Source: Lytechinus pictus
Taxonomy: Eukaryota
Direction: 5' to 3'
DNA: 64,000 nucleotides
Assembly (NCBI RefSeq): GCF_037042905.1
Contig: NC_087251.1
Span: 10,542,001-10,606,000 of the forward strand
Position numbers and translations under genes: made by a program
The notes under the pieces: model-generated
What the model was told of the DNA's origin: nothing
The model's input: only the letters and a program-made list of their open reading frames with translations
Database searches by the model: none
Part shown: piece by piece, positions 62,337 through 64,000 of the stretch
How positions within the stretch are numbered: position 1 is the first letter of the stretch
How the letters are laid out: each line of letters opens with the position of its first letter

Positions 62337-64000
62337 TCAAATATTTTTTTTTGGTATTGGACTCCTGCTGTTGAAAGCAACTTTGAAAAAGAAAAGACTT
62401 TTTACATGTAGTCCACATTCTCCTGTATAGTGCTCAAGTACACAAGGAATTTACTGCAATTTGCTGAATATGGTATTACTTTCATCTCATTGATACAATC
62501 TTGTACCATTTTATTTATGCCTATTCACTATTTGTATGCTAGTGTTTAATGATTTAGAAATTCAAGTAGTACTGTATATAAAGATAGGTTGTGCTGTAGA
62601 TATTTTTTATTTAGCATTTAGCCATTTATCTTTTTTCTTCTTCAGTAGAGAAAGAGAGAGTTGGAGATATGGACATATGTAGACAAGAGCAAGAGAGAGA
62701 GAGAGAGGGGGGGGGGGTAGTTCTGGATATATATGAAGAATTAAAGACTAATGGTACATGTACATGTAGATGCCAAGTCATTTTTTTAACCTCTAATAAT
62801 ACATGAGAAGCATCCAGCTGAAAAGATGACAATAAGAATGTATTTGAGGCAAAATTGGGTAAAACTAAGAATATATTGTCATGGTTACAAAGTGCAGCAA
62901 TGAACATTGAGATGTGTATGCCACTGGAAGTCTGGAATGCACTCAGTGGTGAATAGAATAGTTTTACTGAAGTCAAAAAGGGACTTGATGCATCCATATG
63001 CATTTCGGATTGAATTTTGTCTTGATGCTTTTTCTCTGATGTTTTTTAAGTGCCTTAAAAAGCAGCTGGAACTAAAGCCAGGGTAGTATTGTGTCCCATT
63101 GAATAGGCAACTAGATTATCAGCACTTTATATACATGTACATACATATTTTAAGACATTATTTCAAATTGCAATTGATTTCAAGAAACTCTTACCTACTT
63201 GAAAGCTTTTAACGAAAGTTGATGTTTAGCAGTTGAACACATGAAATTAAGTTAATCTTCAGTGTTTTCTTTTTCTTTTCCCTTTCAATTTCGTTCAAGT
63301 TGTTCAGCACAGTTTAGCACTACTTTAAAATCTATATTATTGGGTTAATAGTGCTTTGATTGACAGATATCTCAAGGAGTTATATTAATATTCTTATTTT
63401 ACACCTGTTAGGTAATCTCTTATGTTACACTGTATGTTCAATTCATGATAAATTACATTCCTCCCTTTTTTTTCTCTCATTTTACAATACTTAGAGAAGG
63501 GTCCACTTTTTCAAATTTATCTTTATATTGCACAGTGTGAGGTTGTTACACGACCTATACTTTATTTATTCTTACCATCCTATCCTATACTGCAATTTTT
63601 ATTAATTAAGCAATTTTATTGATGTTTATCTGGTTTCTACACTACAGAATTTCTTTCTTAATCTTGTTATTTCTAGAATGATTATTTCATGAATAAATCA
63701 ATATAATGTAATACTTGACATTTCACTAAAGGACCTCTTTGTATGCTCTACAAAATATGAACACCTACAGTAAGAGTGTAAATGATATCTCCAGTACATG
63801 ATGAAGTATAAAAAATTCTCTCCTTCCCAAAGATACTTTCTAGATTAGATAAAGAAACCTAATTAACCAGATTCAATTACTGCTAAGAGGACCAAAAAGA
63901 AGGAATAATGTATGTTGCCACCTCATACCAAGTGTAGTTATAAGAGGCATTGCATAGTACATGTAGGTCGACCATCTTATTTAATCAAAAGCACACATTA

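Noticed and set aside
56400..64000. Further TOGARAM1 exons
   Set aside because: No phase-1 exon with convincing splice sites and coding character found by eye; small exons may have been missed.

Overview
AT-rich, repeat-dense animal genomic DNA with spliceosomal introns. The repeat content suggests an invertebrate deuterostome such as a sea urchin (inference). It holds three protein-coding genes. (1) The 5' part of fumarate hydratase (FH) lies on the minus strand: 4 exons at 3727-35, including a mitochondrial-targeting first exon that ends in ATG|GT. (2) A complete 4-coding-exon TMEM179-family gene lies on the plus strand (15537-22819, 219 aa), divergent from FH. (3) The 5' part of the ciliary gene TOGARAM1/crescerin lies on the plus strand: a ~2 kb first coding exon at 32827-34800, then exons at 53345-53477 and 56223-56363. 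The rest is mostly non-autonomous DNA transposons, many with recognisable TIRs and TSDs (hAT-like, Kolobok-like, Tc1/mariner-like, Harbinger-like, Sola-like with a decayed transposase, Helentron-like) and one SINE, often nested. Most notable: (a) roughly 50-fold enrichment of the palindrome TACATGTA in TOGARAM1 introns; (b) an exact 124-bp templated copy pasted 7.67 kb away into a MITE arm; (c) transposon-borne periodic arrays of a GCGAAGC mini-hairpin motif; (d) RFX X-boxes in the FH/TMEM179 divergent region and deep in TOGARAM1 intron 1; (e) a candidate distal alternative first exon for FH. No CRISPR, rRNA or tRNA genes were seen. All calls are by eye, with no database searches.
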